DNA of 64,000 nucleotides from Phoronis australis. Its lineage: Eukaryota > Animalia > Phoronida. Both the position numbers and the translations under genes were made by a program. Below are positions 1 to 11,599 of this stretch, one piece after another. How positions within the stretch are numbered: position 1 is the stretch's first letter; each line of letters opens with the position of its first letter. The stretch covers positions 63,494 through 127,493 of the forward strand of contig NMRA01000596.1 of assembly GCA_002633005.1 (NCBI GenBank), written 5' to 3'. A model generated the notes under the pieces. It made no database searches. It was not told the DNA's origin and was given only the letters and a program-made list of their open reading frames with translations.

Positions 1-1029
1 CATGAAAGCAAAAGAAGGAAACACCCTTCTCCTAAGCCTGTCGCTAGCGAAGTGCCCGACACATACAGTCGCGCCCACATGCCCACGTAACAAAGGCGCA
101 CTGAGACGCAACAAAGACATTAGCATAAGAATAACTGAACATTTGCAACTAAATAAGAATAACAATAAGCGCAAAGTTACGAACGTCCCATTACAATAAA
201 AAATAAAAAGATACACTGTGTTTTCACTACAGGACATGAAAGATACTTTTGAAACTCAAAAAAGTCAATGCCAAATTAGCCAGCATAATTACACAAAGTA
301 TCATCGAGGATTGTGGCACTTGGCAGTCAATTTACTGAGGAGTGTGTTGGATTATGTTATAAAATGTTTTGTCGGTTCGGTGCTATAGTTTGCAAAGTAC
401 AGAATAGATGGTAATCTCGAGTGCTGAGAAAGAATTTATTGGAGTTAATTACAACATACTTTACACAAAATCACGAGTGCAAACTAATGAAGTACATCGT
501 TTGGAATGTGCTGACAGATAATGTACATGTATGCCAAGGTTGTATAGGTTGTAATGTAATCAATAACTTACATGTAAACTTGGAGAACTTCTTCCTTACT
601 TAAAAAGTAGCCTTCAGTATCAAAATGACTAGACACACCAGGTGCCAGCCACTAAAATACTTATTTGTCAACATGACTTATGATCGTTTAGGTTACATTT
701 CTTACAAGAATGTTATGTTCATTACATGTACTGTCTCAGTTCAATCCTCATCAATGTCTTCAAGCTGCTCAGAGACTTCATTTAGCGGATTGTCACAATA
801 AGTCTCTTGGCACAATCCACCTGTATGCGCGTGCAAGCCCATTCTCTCTGCAACTACAACGGAGAGCGCTACTAGCTTTGGGGCAGTTGCAGCATCCATG
901 TCAGTCATAATGGGTGCACACACGTACCAATTGTCTTCAAGTGTCCAGCCCCAGTCTGGAGGATCAATGTCATTTGCTATCCCCATCCAAACCATGACCT
1001 GGTAGTACACTCGGAGACAATGAAACCCG

Positions 1030-2737
1030 GGCCCTGCTGCATAAAACTTGCCACCCGGCGTATAAGGCCTTATACGCCGGATAACTTGGGTTCCATGAAA
1101 ATCGTATAAAAATATCCGCCGTATAACTCACACTATCTGCCGTATAAAATCACCCGACCATCAGACCTCGGATAACTCAATCAAAATGAATGAACCACTG
1201 AGAATTGTGTCCCAAGAAGTAATCAGTTTTAGAGTGTTAGGCAATGATATGATTTCAAATGAGACTGTTGCTTGTGGTGATTGGTGATTGGTTCTCGGAA
1301 GTTTCAGCAGTTGCTGGAGTGAAAATTCCTGAAATGAAGTTAAAAGTGCACAATTAAAGCGTTTTGATATTCATGCAAACGAGACCGATCACAAGCAGGA
1401 AATTATCCTAATCATTATCTGATCTTATGGAGCTCAATTTACTAAGCCGTCCAGGAGTGTCAACGTATGTTTTGAGGCATGGTGGGGGTTGGGAGAGGGT
1501 AACAAGACGGGAGATGATGTTTCCAGTTCCCGTCTTTCAGACTCATCGAATACCCGGCCGCTGCTTAGTATAGCCCCCATTTGGGACCCCGTACTTTCCA
1601 GCAACATTCCATCCGAGAATGCACGCTGCCGGCGAATCGCGAAGCACTTGTGCAAAATTGGGTTGTGTCCCAAGACTCAGTAATAGATGGCGGAAATTTT
1701 GTACTCAAGAAGCTTTGTTCGTGAGTAACTAAGACACCGAAAAGTTATGTAGGGCTAATTTGTCCATGTTCCCAGCCCCGGGATTTGATCAATCAACATA
1801 GGGCCATAGCTTCTATGTGTAAGAAATGGAAGAAAATGTTGTTTTTTGTAATTATGCAAAACTTGTGTTGTAGCGCTGCGGGATATTTGGTTCACATACT
1901 TGTAGCTACGTTCGTGCAATGTGTCTGTTCCGTTGATATCTATAATCCTGTGACATAGATTCCTTGAGTGAATGCCACGTAGCAAATAATTATTGAACAC
2001 CTAAGAGAGTTGTACGTTTCAATTTTGAAGAAAAGTGAAAAATAGAGAGCATTCTGATGAAGTGTTGTTGATAATGTATCATAAACCATAGAACATTCTC
2101 ATGTCACACTTGATTAATTCATACCTGTTTCAATTGCATCTTCCAGTCCACTGAAACAGGGTGTGACTGTAAACAATGCAACGATTTTTTTTCTCAGCCT
2201 CCTCCACGGGTTTGGGGCGAGAGCCTCCTCCCGTTTTCTTTACTTCTCTTTGCAGCTGGTTCTGTGAGGCTCTCGCCCCAGACACCATATGCCTCCACTT
2301 TTCCTTTGCATCAAATTGTGTTCTGTTTGCGGTTTCCAGACTTGTGATTTTAAAAGCTATCTCTTCCCAAACAGAGTTCTTTTCGGCCTTCGTCACCTTC
2401 TGACAGAACTTGCTGTTAAATACTTGCAAGTTTGACTCTGCAAGTTCAGTCAGAAGGCTGATTTCGTTCTTTGTCCAATTACAAGATTTTTTCTTAGCTT
2501 CAGCCATTTCTCTGTACCATGGTAACAGGAATTATGGGTATTGTCTTATATGATATCCCATTTGGCTATCCACAGTATAACATAGATATCCGCCGGATAG
2601 TTATCCGAACCTTATCCAAGTTTTGTGCAACCCAAATTTACATGTATACGCCGGATAAATATCCGGCGTATAGTTCTTATCCGGCGAATAAGCTCTTATC
2701 CGCTGGATAGTTATACAGACTTTTATGCAACCGGGAC
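1030..2737 (-). mobile_element. PIF/Harbinger DNA transposon (degenerate) with TIRs and CWG-type TSD
   Basis: Left TIR GGCCCTGCTGCATAAAA (1030-1046) matches the reverse complement of TTTTATGCAACCGGGAC (2721-2737). Flanks are CCG (1027-1029) and CTG (2738-2740). Subterminal TATCCGGCGTATA-type repeats occur at both ends. It contains a Myb/SANT ORF and decayed transposase-like sequence at ~1250-2000. Removing it restores the Academ frame. Confidence 0.85.
2130..2507 (-). CDS. Harbinger-associated Myb/SANT-like DNA-binding protein (probably a degenerate copy)
   Basis: KKKSCNWTKNEISLL...KNSVWEEIAFKI...RTQFDAKEKWRHM...KKTGGG has the typical trihelix Trp spacing plus the KTGGG tail of Harbinger ORF2 proteins. 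Confidence 0.8.
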   Translation of the reverse strand: MAEAKKKSCNWTKNEISLLTELAESNLQVFNSKFCQKVTKAEKNSVWEEIAFKITSLETANRTQFDAKEKWRHMVSGARASQNQLQREVKKTGGGSRPKPVEEAEKKNRCIVYSHTLFQWTGRCN

Positions 2738-5700
2738 CTGGTGGATTATTCCGTTGGTGGAAGACATTCGGCAGTAACGAAAGACTTAGAAGCAACAACT
2801 ATCTTGGTAAATATGTTGTAACGCATGGCTGCCAGAGAACACGTTTTCTCTCTACCATACATTGCGACCATCGCTTGACTGCCAAGTACCTCTATATCAG
2901 CGGGGCTCACACCTTTTCGCGCACGTCTGGAGTTTCAAGTTTCTGAAAGTGTGATTTCGTTCCAATGACATACACACGAGACGTTGAGCCGTATCCTGTG
3001 AAGGGGTGCAGGAATAGTAGGTGGGTACACAACTTAATCCTGAGCATACACTTCATCCAATTTATGTCGTATACTTTCAGATTAGTTCTATGATCTAAAA
3101 ATATTGGTTTCCCCCATCAGCAAAGGCTCCAACATTTCAGTGGCCTCCTTGCTCATTATTGTGGTGCAAAGCATAATTTTACTGCTAGCTGTTGCCTTTT
3201 GCAATGTTCACATCAGCACCACCCCCGCTGCCTGAACGACTGTGCATCCCATTTTTGCAGCTGGTCACGTATTTCGGCGATCAGTAGCTTCTTACTGTCG
3301 ATGAACAGGAATTCATCTTTCTTTCCATCAAATTTGGTTTATCCAGTGAAGTTTACAGTCGGATAGCTGCCGATCTGTCTCTGTCTCTGCTGGACGTAAT
3401 CCTTTATCGAAGAACCTGCACCACAGCCATCATAGTTCTTTGCTGTGAAGTCAACATATGCTCCGGCAATTCTTTCCTTGTATCTCTCTTCTTCCGTTTG
3501 AGCTAGTGCACCAAATATCTCCCACGAAGCAAAAGACTTTCAGTCTGGAGGTGTACTGAAAGTGTGGAGTCTGGTGCTCCTTCACGTGCATGAGCATTGG
3601 AATGGTGGTCATTGACGACTTGAGACAGTTTAGGTTTGTCAGTCTTCCTCAAGAGTCAGGTTGTCCTCAAAGAGGGACGGTGGGTAAGCACTGAGCTCAA
3701 AACTCGTCACTTCCTAAAGGAACATGTCTATGGGCAGGGATACCACCAGGAATCGCTGAAGAGCAAGCTAGAATCGATGGTTCTGTCACGGCCGATCTGG
3801 GCAGCAGCTGCGTTTCTCAGAAGTTTCTCTTTTCTCTTAAAAGAGGAAGAAAAGACAGCTTGTCCGACCATTCTCTTAATGATTTTGTTCCCAAAAGATT
3901 CTTATTCATGCACGCTGACGTCTTCGATGGCGAAAACACCATCGGTGATATTGCGCAGTATAGGATCTCAGGAAAAAGGTGAAAATGTGGTCAGCCTTGT
4001 GCTTATCTTCGTAAGGTCGTATGCATCTTTCAGTTCTGGCACTGGTTTCTTCTTTGTGTTGTTTGCTTGCTGTTTTGACTTCTGACCTTATGGTAGCCGA
4101 CATTGTCCTCAATGCTCGCTGCTCCTCTGTCATTTTACTGCCATGAGACAAGCCACCTGCGCTTGTTAGCGATCTAATTACCGTTTATTAATTGTCTTGA
4201 TCACTGATTTTGGCATTTTGCCCAGGGCTTCTAGTTTCTTTGCGTGGATTTTTTGAACAAAAACCAGTGACAAACAAATATACATTAGACCATTTTGGTG
4301 ATTTTTATGTCAAGCCAATGCTTGCATTAAGTGTTTGAATGCTATAAATGCATTGTTCATTTTTCAAAATAATTCAGTCAGATTTCACTCACATCTAAAT
4401 GTTTTAAGATCATTCAGTCATAAATCAGTCACAGTCAATCATACACTCGATAAGAGATTAAAATAATAGACAAATCAGTGATTTTTGGTTTAACTTCTTG
4501 AATTTTAGCCGCAATCTTGAATTTTACTGATCATATCTGAATTTTACCCACACCAATCAGTTGTTCACCCCTTAAAACCATAGACTAGAACCAAAAATTA
4601 TGTCTCTATCACAATTATTGAAAAGTTATATCTGTTTTTAGTGATTCGAATTAGCGTGGCGGCCATCTTGGAAATGATACAGACTTCTTTTCTGTCAATA
4701 AGTACAGTATACCCAGTAGGAACTAAAACTGTTGTAAAACAATTGTTGCACTTAGATATGGATCGGATGACTATTTGTCATAAATTGACCTGTACATTTG
4801 TTTTCCAAACTCAAGGTAAAGATTTATTATCCAGAAGGTTCAAAAGTAAAACTGTTGACGTTCAAGAGGTGAGAGGCAAACACAATTAGTCATTATTCCA
4901 TTCTTGAAATCACTGACATAAGACCACATCCACGCAGAGCCAATATCTGAAAGTTACTGCTACGCCAGGCCAGTAACTTTCAATTGTTACTAGCTCGGCT
5001 TCAAATCCACTGGCCCCGACACACCTGTCAGAACGCAGATTGCGACGTGGTGCTGGGGAATAACAACTGCATGATGTGGGTAATGTAAGGCCCCGAAGTA
5101 CGTCATTAGTGCTAAAGTCGCCGATTAATTTGTAGAATATTTTGTTTTCACTTTTAAAGTTGTCAATGAATACAACTGCATTTCGCTTAGTATAGATGAG
5201 GTGCAAACAGCATTGTTGTTTAGTTCCTGCTATAGTTAATAGTATGCAAATACATTTATTAGATTTCGCTTGTATCGATAAGGGGACATGTTCTTTTGAA
5301 ATTGTCAAAGAAAGATGGGAAGAATGTGAGGTTACCCAAAAACGCAAAGAAATTGATGAACATTTTGCTAGTGTTTCCCTGTATGTATCGCCATATGTCC
5401 GGCAACTGAATGGGGTCAGAGTGCTTCTCTGTTCCCGACCATTACATTTCTCACAACGTTGTGTTAGAAGGGATTAGCTTAATTTAATCACGTATGGTGA
5501 GATGGGCTGGTGTAGAACTAGGACTGCGTTCCACAGACCTAAACACTTATTAACCGAGAACTTTATCCAGAATCTTCAGCTATTTTATCTCACAAGGTAT
5601 TATTTTTATTCATTTATTCAATATCCCAATTTCATAATAGAATCACTTTCGGTGGCTGCCGTTTTCTTAGGCTACGCTACTAAGGTCTGGGGCATACTAG

Positions 5701-5880
5701 CCAAACATTCGCCTTTCACAAACGTGCTTTTGTGTGGTCATGCGAGATCTTGCATTTCTCTTATAAACTTAGCCTCCTGAAGGCCTTTCAGATTGATGTC
5801 CCGTTTTTAATTGTCAGAAACTGTGAGTATGCATGGCTGATATAACAATCCCAGGTTATTGTTTTGTGTTATGTATTTAC

Positions 5881-6157
5881 CGCTCAAACACGAGTTGTTC
5901 TTATTGCAGTGACACCCAACGGTTGCTGCGTCTGCCCAGTACTTTCGCTGCACGTTACTTCGACCATACCACCAGGAGAAGTAGGTGTTACCGTCGTTCT
6001 TTGACCCACGAGAGGCGTGGCAGTCTCTCTTCAAATGCTGCTTACACTCGCTGGAAGCGTTCATTACCGCGCCTATTTGATCCATGCTTGGGCCGTATGT
6101 CACCTCGAATACTTCTTTGGCTTCTTGGGTACCAGAATGAAAACTCATCTGACTCTC
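5881..6157 (-). CDS. Paralogue A exon 5 (Caspr-type fibrinogen/COLFI-like domain, middle part)
   Basis: ESQMSFHSG..YGPSMDQIGAVMNASSECKQHLKRDCHAS..FSWWYGRSNVQRKYWADA..CHCNKNNSCLS; acceptor ttttag, donor G|gtaaat; 277 nt. Confidence 0.9.
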
Positions 6158-7040
6158 CTAAAATGGTGATGCATATTTTGTTTAATACCACGTGGCCAGT
6201 ATATTAAGCATGTCTGTATACAGTATATGTACCTATCCACATCCATACAAAGCTATGGAAATAATGTTATTAGATAGGAAAACAAATTAAATCTTCAAAA
6301 TAATGATTCCTCTGACTATCAGAATAGACGTTATGAGGAAAAATTCAATTTTGCATAATGGTGGCATTAATTTGCATGTTCACAACTTTACAATGCTGGA
6401 GGGTTGCAAATGGTCACCACCCCTGAATCATGTTTGCCAATCCTTTTGTTACATGAATCGTAAAGAAAAACTAGAAGGCCAACCAAGTTTAAATAATTAC
6501 AGTTTTGGTACCCAAACTAAACCTCTGCAATCACATACATCTATGTTTCATGAAATTATAGAAATTGTGTATAACCCACTTTGATTTCTAAGTCTCTCGT
6601 CGAGAGGGTCATGTGCTTATGTCTTTCCATATACATGTAACATGATTAAAATCAAATGCATGGGCATACAGCACTACAAAATGGTTAAAAACCTACATGT
6701 ATGTATTGAGTTTTGACAGATAGGGTATCAGTTTTGTAGGTCGCTGTAATATACTTTAGATCCACGGCTGCACGACGTGTCCCGGCGGTGGTACAGTATT
6801 AATGTTGAAACACGTAAACATTTGGCCGGCTAAGGGAGAAGAACCGAGACTGCTCCACTACATGTCCACAACATACAGTACACGGCAACATATACTGTGC
6901 ATGTACATGGAAAGTCTAGCCAAGTTCTTAAAGCCGCAAAAGTCCAATCTGTTCTGGTGTCAAAAAAAAAACTTCTTCATGGACCGGATGCAATTCAAAG
7001 AAAGAACAGATAGTTCTTCTTAATCCCTGTAGATATCAGA

Positions 7041-7192
7041 GGCCCGTTCCAAGAAACTAACTTAATTTCATTTTTAATTAAATCTACAAATTGTTTCATC
7101 TTCCAAACTTTGAAACTTCCACTTCCGATAAATTACGCCAAATTTAAGACAAAACTTAAGTCAAACTGAGGAGTATTTTCTTGGAACGGACT
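7041..7192. mobile_element. Harbinger-type MITE
   Basis: Imperfect TIRs GGCCCGTTCCAAGAAA (7041-7056) and TTTCTTGGAACGGACT (7177-7192) enclose ~150 bp of AT-rich sequence. Confidence 0.6.
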
Positions 7193-7406
7193 TGGCATAA
7201 TTTTAAGTTTGTCTTCAAATTGACAAGTTTAACAAGTTTAATACTCGTCTTAGCTAAGTCAGTTTTCTTTGAACGTGCCCCAGTTTTACAACGCCAAGTG
7301 GTCTAAATCCATAGTCAGTTCTTTTTGCCGAAGATAATTTTCCTGGGTTGACCATTGCAAGTATGTAGATATTAGAAACATGGATGCGTCTGCTGCTAGA
7401 CCAAAC

Positions 7407-7561
7407 CTGATCGTGGTGAAACACAGTGCCAGGTGGTGTCGTCGACATGTCGCAGTAAACAAGGAAAGGGTCAAGGCCGTTGTTGTTGTCGTCAGTGTCA
7501 ATGAAGTAATTACCGCTGGTAATGAAACTGCCATTTCTGTATCCTGAACACGAGGATGCGT
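7407..7561 (-). CDS. Paralogue A exon 4 (start of fibrinogen/COLFI-like domain)
   Basis: (Y)ASSCSGYRNGSFITSGNYFIDTDDNNNGLDPFLVYCDMSTTPPGTVFHHDQ; tttacag acceptor, CAG|gtttgg donor; 155 nt as in B and C. Confidence 0.9.
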
Positions 7562-8833
7562 CTGTAAACGAAGCCAAAACTTTGAAGTTATCAACCATCT
7601 GTATTGATGTAAAACAATTTAAAATTAAATCAAAATATCTTAGGAACTGCAGACAAAAAAGTCAGTCTCTTTCTCCTTGTTTGTCCTACATGGAGACCTA
7701 TATCTGTTTCATGAAAGAAGCTAAATATTGAAATATCTGTTTATTTGCCAAATTTCAACAAGCTGTTGATTTTAATTTTGTGGAAGTATTTTTTTCATGA
7801 AAGTAAAAAGAAGGTTTAATTTGATATTTATATTTTTGCCAATGTGGTATTTATTTCTTTTAGTAGCATTAAGCGCTAAAGAAAGGTACATGTATATTTA
7901 TCACAAAACCTCGCTATAAACAACACGTTTAAATTTCACAGTGTGTGATGTCAAAAAGGCTGACACAATTTTTTAAATATGCAGTTTTGCAATTCTTCAT
8001 GTAAATCATAAAAGCCTTATTTTTGGAGACCAGTGCAGAAAGCAACTTATCTGAAAGTCCCATGTGATTGCAAATATTAATTTGTGGATACGATGTTCCA
8101 AATATAGTTAGATATGAATAGTTTTTTGCGTTCTACATGTAAATACATGTAAGTTACCACAACTGTCGTGGAACGGGTCAGAGAAATCACATCTAAGTTC
8201 CTCAAGTAAAAATTTGAAACCAATTTCTCAGCGGTAAATTGCCGGAAGACGAGTTACAACCGTTTTGAATACGACAGCACTATTTCAAGACATGTTGATT
8301 CAAATGACTTGCGTCCATCACTTGCCTCTGCGTAGAGCTACGACATGTGACAAACGGTCTCAGTGGAGGCTTTTCCAACTTTATGCCTTGAGGAAAATCG
8401 CAGAATGAAAAAACGAAATCAAATAGTAAAGCTCACATTTGATTTAAACAAATTTAGGGGCATACTTAAAGGAAGGAGTTGGTTTTCTCACGTGCTCATA
8501 GAACGCCGGGGCTTATACACTGTATGCAACCCTGAGAAAATTGAAACACACTGTATCAAAGTATGGTGATATCATAAATCAGTATCCTTATTGCTATTCT
8601 GCAAAGATCAATAACTATAATTTTTGTTACTTTTGTTTTCATTGCAATTGCTTTTGTTCTTGTAACCGGTTTTTCTGTTATAAAACGCCAGTGTTAAGCT
8701 ATGTCTTCGGTGGATATCTTTTTTCAGTTGAATTTCAACCCAGTGTATTCAAGAGTATCGTCATCCGATGATGTAAAGAAAAAAACCCTTTTCTCAACCA
8801 CTTTTAATGTAAGTGTTACGCTAATGAACTTAC

Positions 8834-8997
8834 AGTGGGTAGTAAAACTGGTTTCAGTAACAGCTGTGTTTACTCCAAGCGGCCTCACATTTGTAGCAGT
8901 GATCCTTATCACATATTCGGTAAATGGAAGTAGTCGGTCAAGGGTCTCCTCAACTGGTACTCCTCGTCCATGATCATAAACACCGTCAGCAAATGTA
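8834..8997 (-). CDS. Paralogue A exon 3 (FN3 C-terminal half)
   Basis: TFADGVYDHG..LDRLLPFTEYVIRITATN matches the FN3 L.P.TEY.+RI.A.N motif; ttccag acceptor, T|gtaagt donor; 164 nt. Confidence 0.9.
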
Positions 8998-10029
8998 CTG
9001 GAAATAACCACACTAGTTGGTAATAAACAGCTACAGTCAAAATAATAAGTACAGTGTACATGTACCTTTGGTGCGTGCCACAGGCCAAGTGACTAGAAAG
9101 AAAAGCGAAGTCTTACAATACCGCGAAAAATCTCGCGAAAGAAAGGCTAGTTTTTCGAATATGCGGAATGTTGTATTATGGCACATATATCAGACACAGT
9201 AAACCAATGTTTCTTCAATATTACATGGAGCCAAGTGTTCGTTCCGCAAGACCATGACTAACGTCTTTGTTCTACAAAACGCAGCCCCGATTTGTTTGTG
9301 TTCGTCAACGTGTCGTTTTCGTGCTAAAAACTCCTGAAGTTATTTGTAAGATTTAATCGATTAAATAAAATCATAACAGTGTAAACATTATACAGCTTCA
9401 GCCAATCGAACAGCTCATATAGGCGTGTGCAGTCGCCCATTACATTTTCCCTAGACCTGAAAGCACTTTCATGTAATTCACGAGCTCTGAAAAAAGAAAA
9501 CTAGTCGATAGATTGGAGTAATATAACCAATCCAAGTTCGAAACGATTGACCAGTGCTTTGTGTTGGTATCGCCAAGCAAATTATCTATCGACCACAGTG
9601 TTTGACCTGTAAAGTGCAGTTGACTTGAATTTCCTGTCAATTCTCCGCGGAGTGAAGTTCATGACATACATGTACATTCTTTCGAGATTCACTCTGCCAG
9701 GAATTATTGCTGACGTAAGACCAGTCACTTACGAGGGACTTGCAACGCCTTTCCTTTCATCTCTGTTATCTTGTTTAATCTCGTCAAACTCGAGATATCA
9801 AAAGAATCCCTTTGGATCACACACACCATGTTAGCTCTCTTACCAAAGATTGTCAGGGTTAGAAATCGCGGGCAAATTAGGCCGCAAACTTTTAATCAAA
9901 ATTATTCGACACTCGTGCCAACGTACGTGTGTAAGTGTGTATGTATGTATGCCTGTATGTTCGGTGTATTGTGGAAGATGTCCGCACTCTGTATGCACAT
10001 ATTAGACTGCCCTCAGATGAATTGTTTTT

Positions 10030-11440
10030 TTTGAAAAATGGCAGAGAGATGTAAAAAATCCGAACAAGGTCGTGAGATGCCTCAACTCTTCTTCAGGAAA
10101 ATTTGTCGTCCTTCATTTTGGGGAATTGGTGACTGTAGGCTGACTTCATTAAGAGTCAACAGGGACTACTACTTGACCTAATAATTGGAAACAAAGTAAA
10201 CTTTCTGTCGACAAGTGCTTGAAACTAATTGTGTGTTGTTCCGAAAATGAAATAAAAATGTGTTCCTATGAGTTTACACCGGTTTTACAAAGCACATTGG
10301 TTTTCACCGAAAATTTCCTCCAATAGTTCAGCATCCTAATCTCACCAAGCAATCATTTAAAGAGCTGCCATTTCCCTATAGTAGGCCTACATACAATAAG
10401 CTCGGAAGAGTAACATTTCGCTGTTAAAATTTATTTTGGAAAGGTCCACTTTTGTAGGAGGGCACACAATAGCAAAGAGTTTTATGATTTACATAAAGAG
10501 TCTCAAAAATTTGTATGAAATGAAAAGTAACTGATAATTTTGAAAAGATCAATAACAGTTTTGAGGTTTCAACTTGGACATTTGTAAATGTTCAAGATGC
10601 CGTGATTTTGTTATTTGTGTGTCTTCTGTTTTACTAGACTTTACTAAAAGGACATAAACGCATGACCCAATTGTTAGTAAATTGGTTCTGCGGAATTTTC
10701 ACTGAAATTACTACAAACATTAAAAATCAACGGCAATATTGAAATTTGTACAAAATTACTAAATCTGCTTGGCAAGGTTGTAAAAGGACAAACTTTCGAA
10801 ATTCTGAGTTTGTCTGGAAAGGTGTGTGAATTTAGAATCTGATTGATCATGGGTTAAATTGGATTTTTAAAGAAATTACTAGATAAGTCATCAAATTATT
10901 GATAGTTCTTGTGATTGAGACCTAAGGATTTTTATTCACTTCTCCTTCTGATACTATTCGGAATTTTTGAAATTTGAAGTCTTTAGCTTTCTTACTCTGA
11001 AACATGTTGTTATTAAACTTAGCTTGTGTATATTAAAGTTGCATTTTACCAGTGTTTTAAAGGTGTTAATTAGGGTTGTCATTTGTTTTATTTGCATTTG
11101 TTATGTGAAGTTAATACTCTAGTTTGATGCTCAGTTCTTTGGAAGAGTATAAGGCTAAAATTTATTGATGACAGTATTTACAGTTTCGAAGAATACTTTT
11201 TTTATGCTTGGATTTGGCTATGTTGGTTTGGAATTTGCAATGACAGACTTGACAAGTTCATAGAATTTTAACTCAATTGAATAAATGCTGCAAAAGATGG
11301 ATTGTAGGGCACGACATTTGTTGCAGAACTTTTCTCTCACTTACATGGAACTAAATATGTCTTTATTAATTCATAGGTTATTTTTGTGTTTCCTTTTGTT
11401 GAATGTCCTGAAATGTCGAAGTTTGGTGATTTATTGGTGT
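10030..11440 (-). mobile_element. Highly decayed CR1/L2-group LINE ORF2 fragments
   Basis: Minus-strand remnants HTFPDKLRISKVCP (~10787-10828) resemble the pre-RT G.FP..LK.AKV.P motif, and RMLNYWRK (~10315-10340) resembles the C-terminal region. Many stops; boundaries approximate. Confidence 0.55.
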
Positions 11441-11464
11441 TAAGCGATGACTTCAAGCGATAAG

Positions 11465-11566
11465 CTGACACCAATAAACCGTGTTATGAACTGCTGAACA
11501 GACTGCGTGTGAAACCAATGACGTCATTGGATAATTTCAACACCTCCGTCTGCCGTCATGTGTCAG
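11465..11566. repeat. Short dispersed repeat / mini-MITE, second copy at 28402-28479
   Basis: Ends are CTGACAC...GTGTCAG. The core CTGCTGAACAGA...CACCTCCGTCTG is shared with 28402-28479, which has TGACACCA/TGGTGTCA ends. Confidence 0.55.
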
Positions 11567-11599
11567 GTAACGCAACCGTACGTGTCGTTATGGAGTAGA

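Larger units (their letters stand above)
741..4150 (-). mobile_element. Degenerate Academ (AcademX-type, XPG/FEN-like nuclease + Cys-rich finger) DNA transposon ORF remnant, interrupted by a Harbinger element
   Basis: Minus-strand fragments with stops and frameshifts read, in order: FSPFS*DPILRNITDGVFA..FKRK (~3780-4000); DGCGAGSSIKD..PTVNFTG (~3340-3440); GGGADVNIAK; LLFLHPFTGYGSTSRVYVIG (~2960-3020, matching the HAFTGCDTTS..GIG motif); FVTAECLPPTE*ST|RFHCLRVYYQVMVW..DWGW..PIMTD; and CNC..RCSCRENGL (~790-900). Family assignment is from recalled motifs. Confidence 0.75.

Noticed and set aside
3636-4085. 149-aa plus-strand ORF
   Set aside because: Antisense shadow of the minus-strand Academ remnant; no recognisable motif.
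7562-7598. Alternative upstream acceptor/ATG (MVDNFK...) for A exon 4
   Set aside because: Using the AG at 7599-7600 with a phase-1 donor gives an immediate stop (TAT GGT TGA). The acceptor at 7562-7563 gives the 155-nt size conserved in B and C.
7937-7960. CACAGTG followed by an A-rich run, resembling an RSS
   Set aside because: The spacer is not 12 or 23 bp and the nonamer does not match. I saw no RSS pairs around the exons, so there is no support for V(D)J-like rearrangement.
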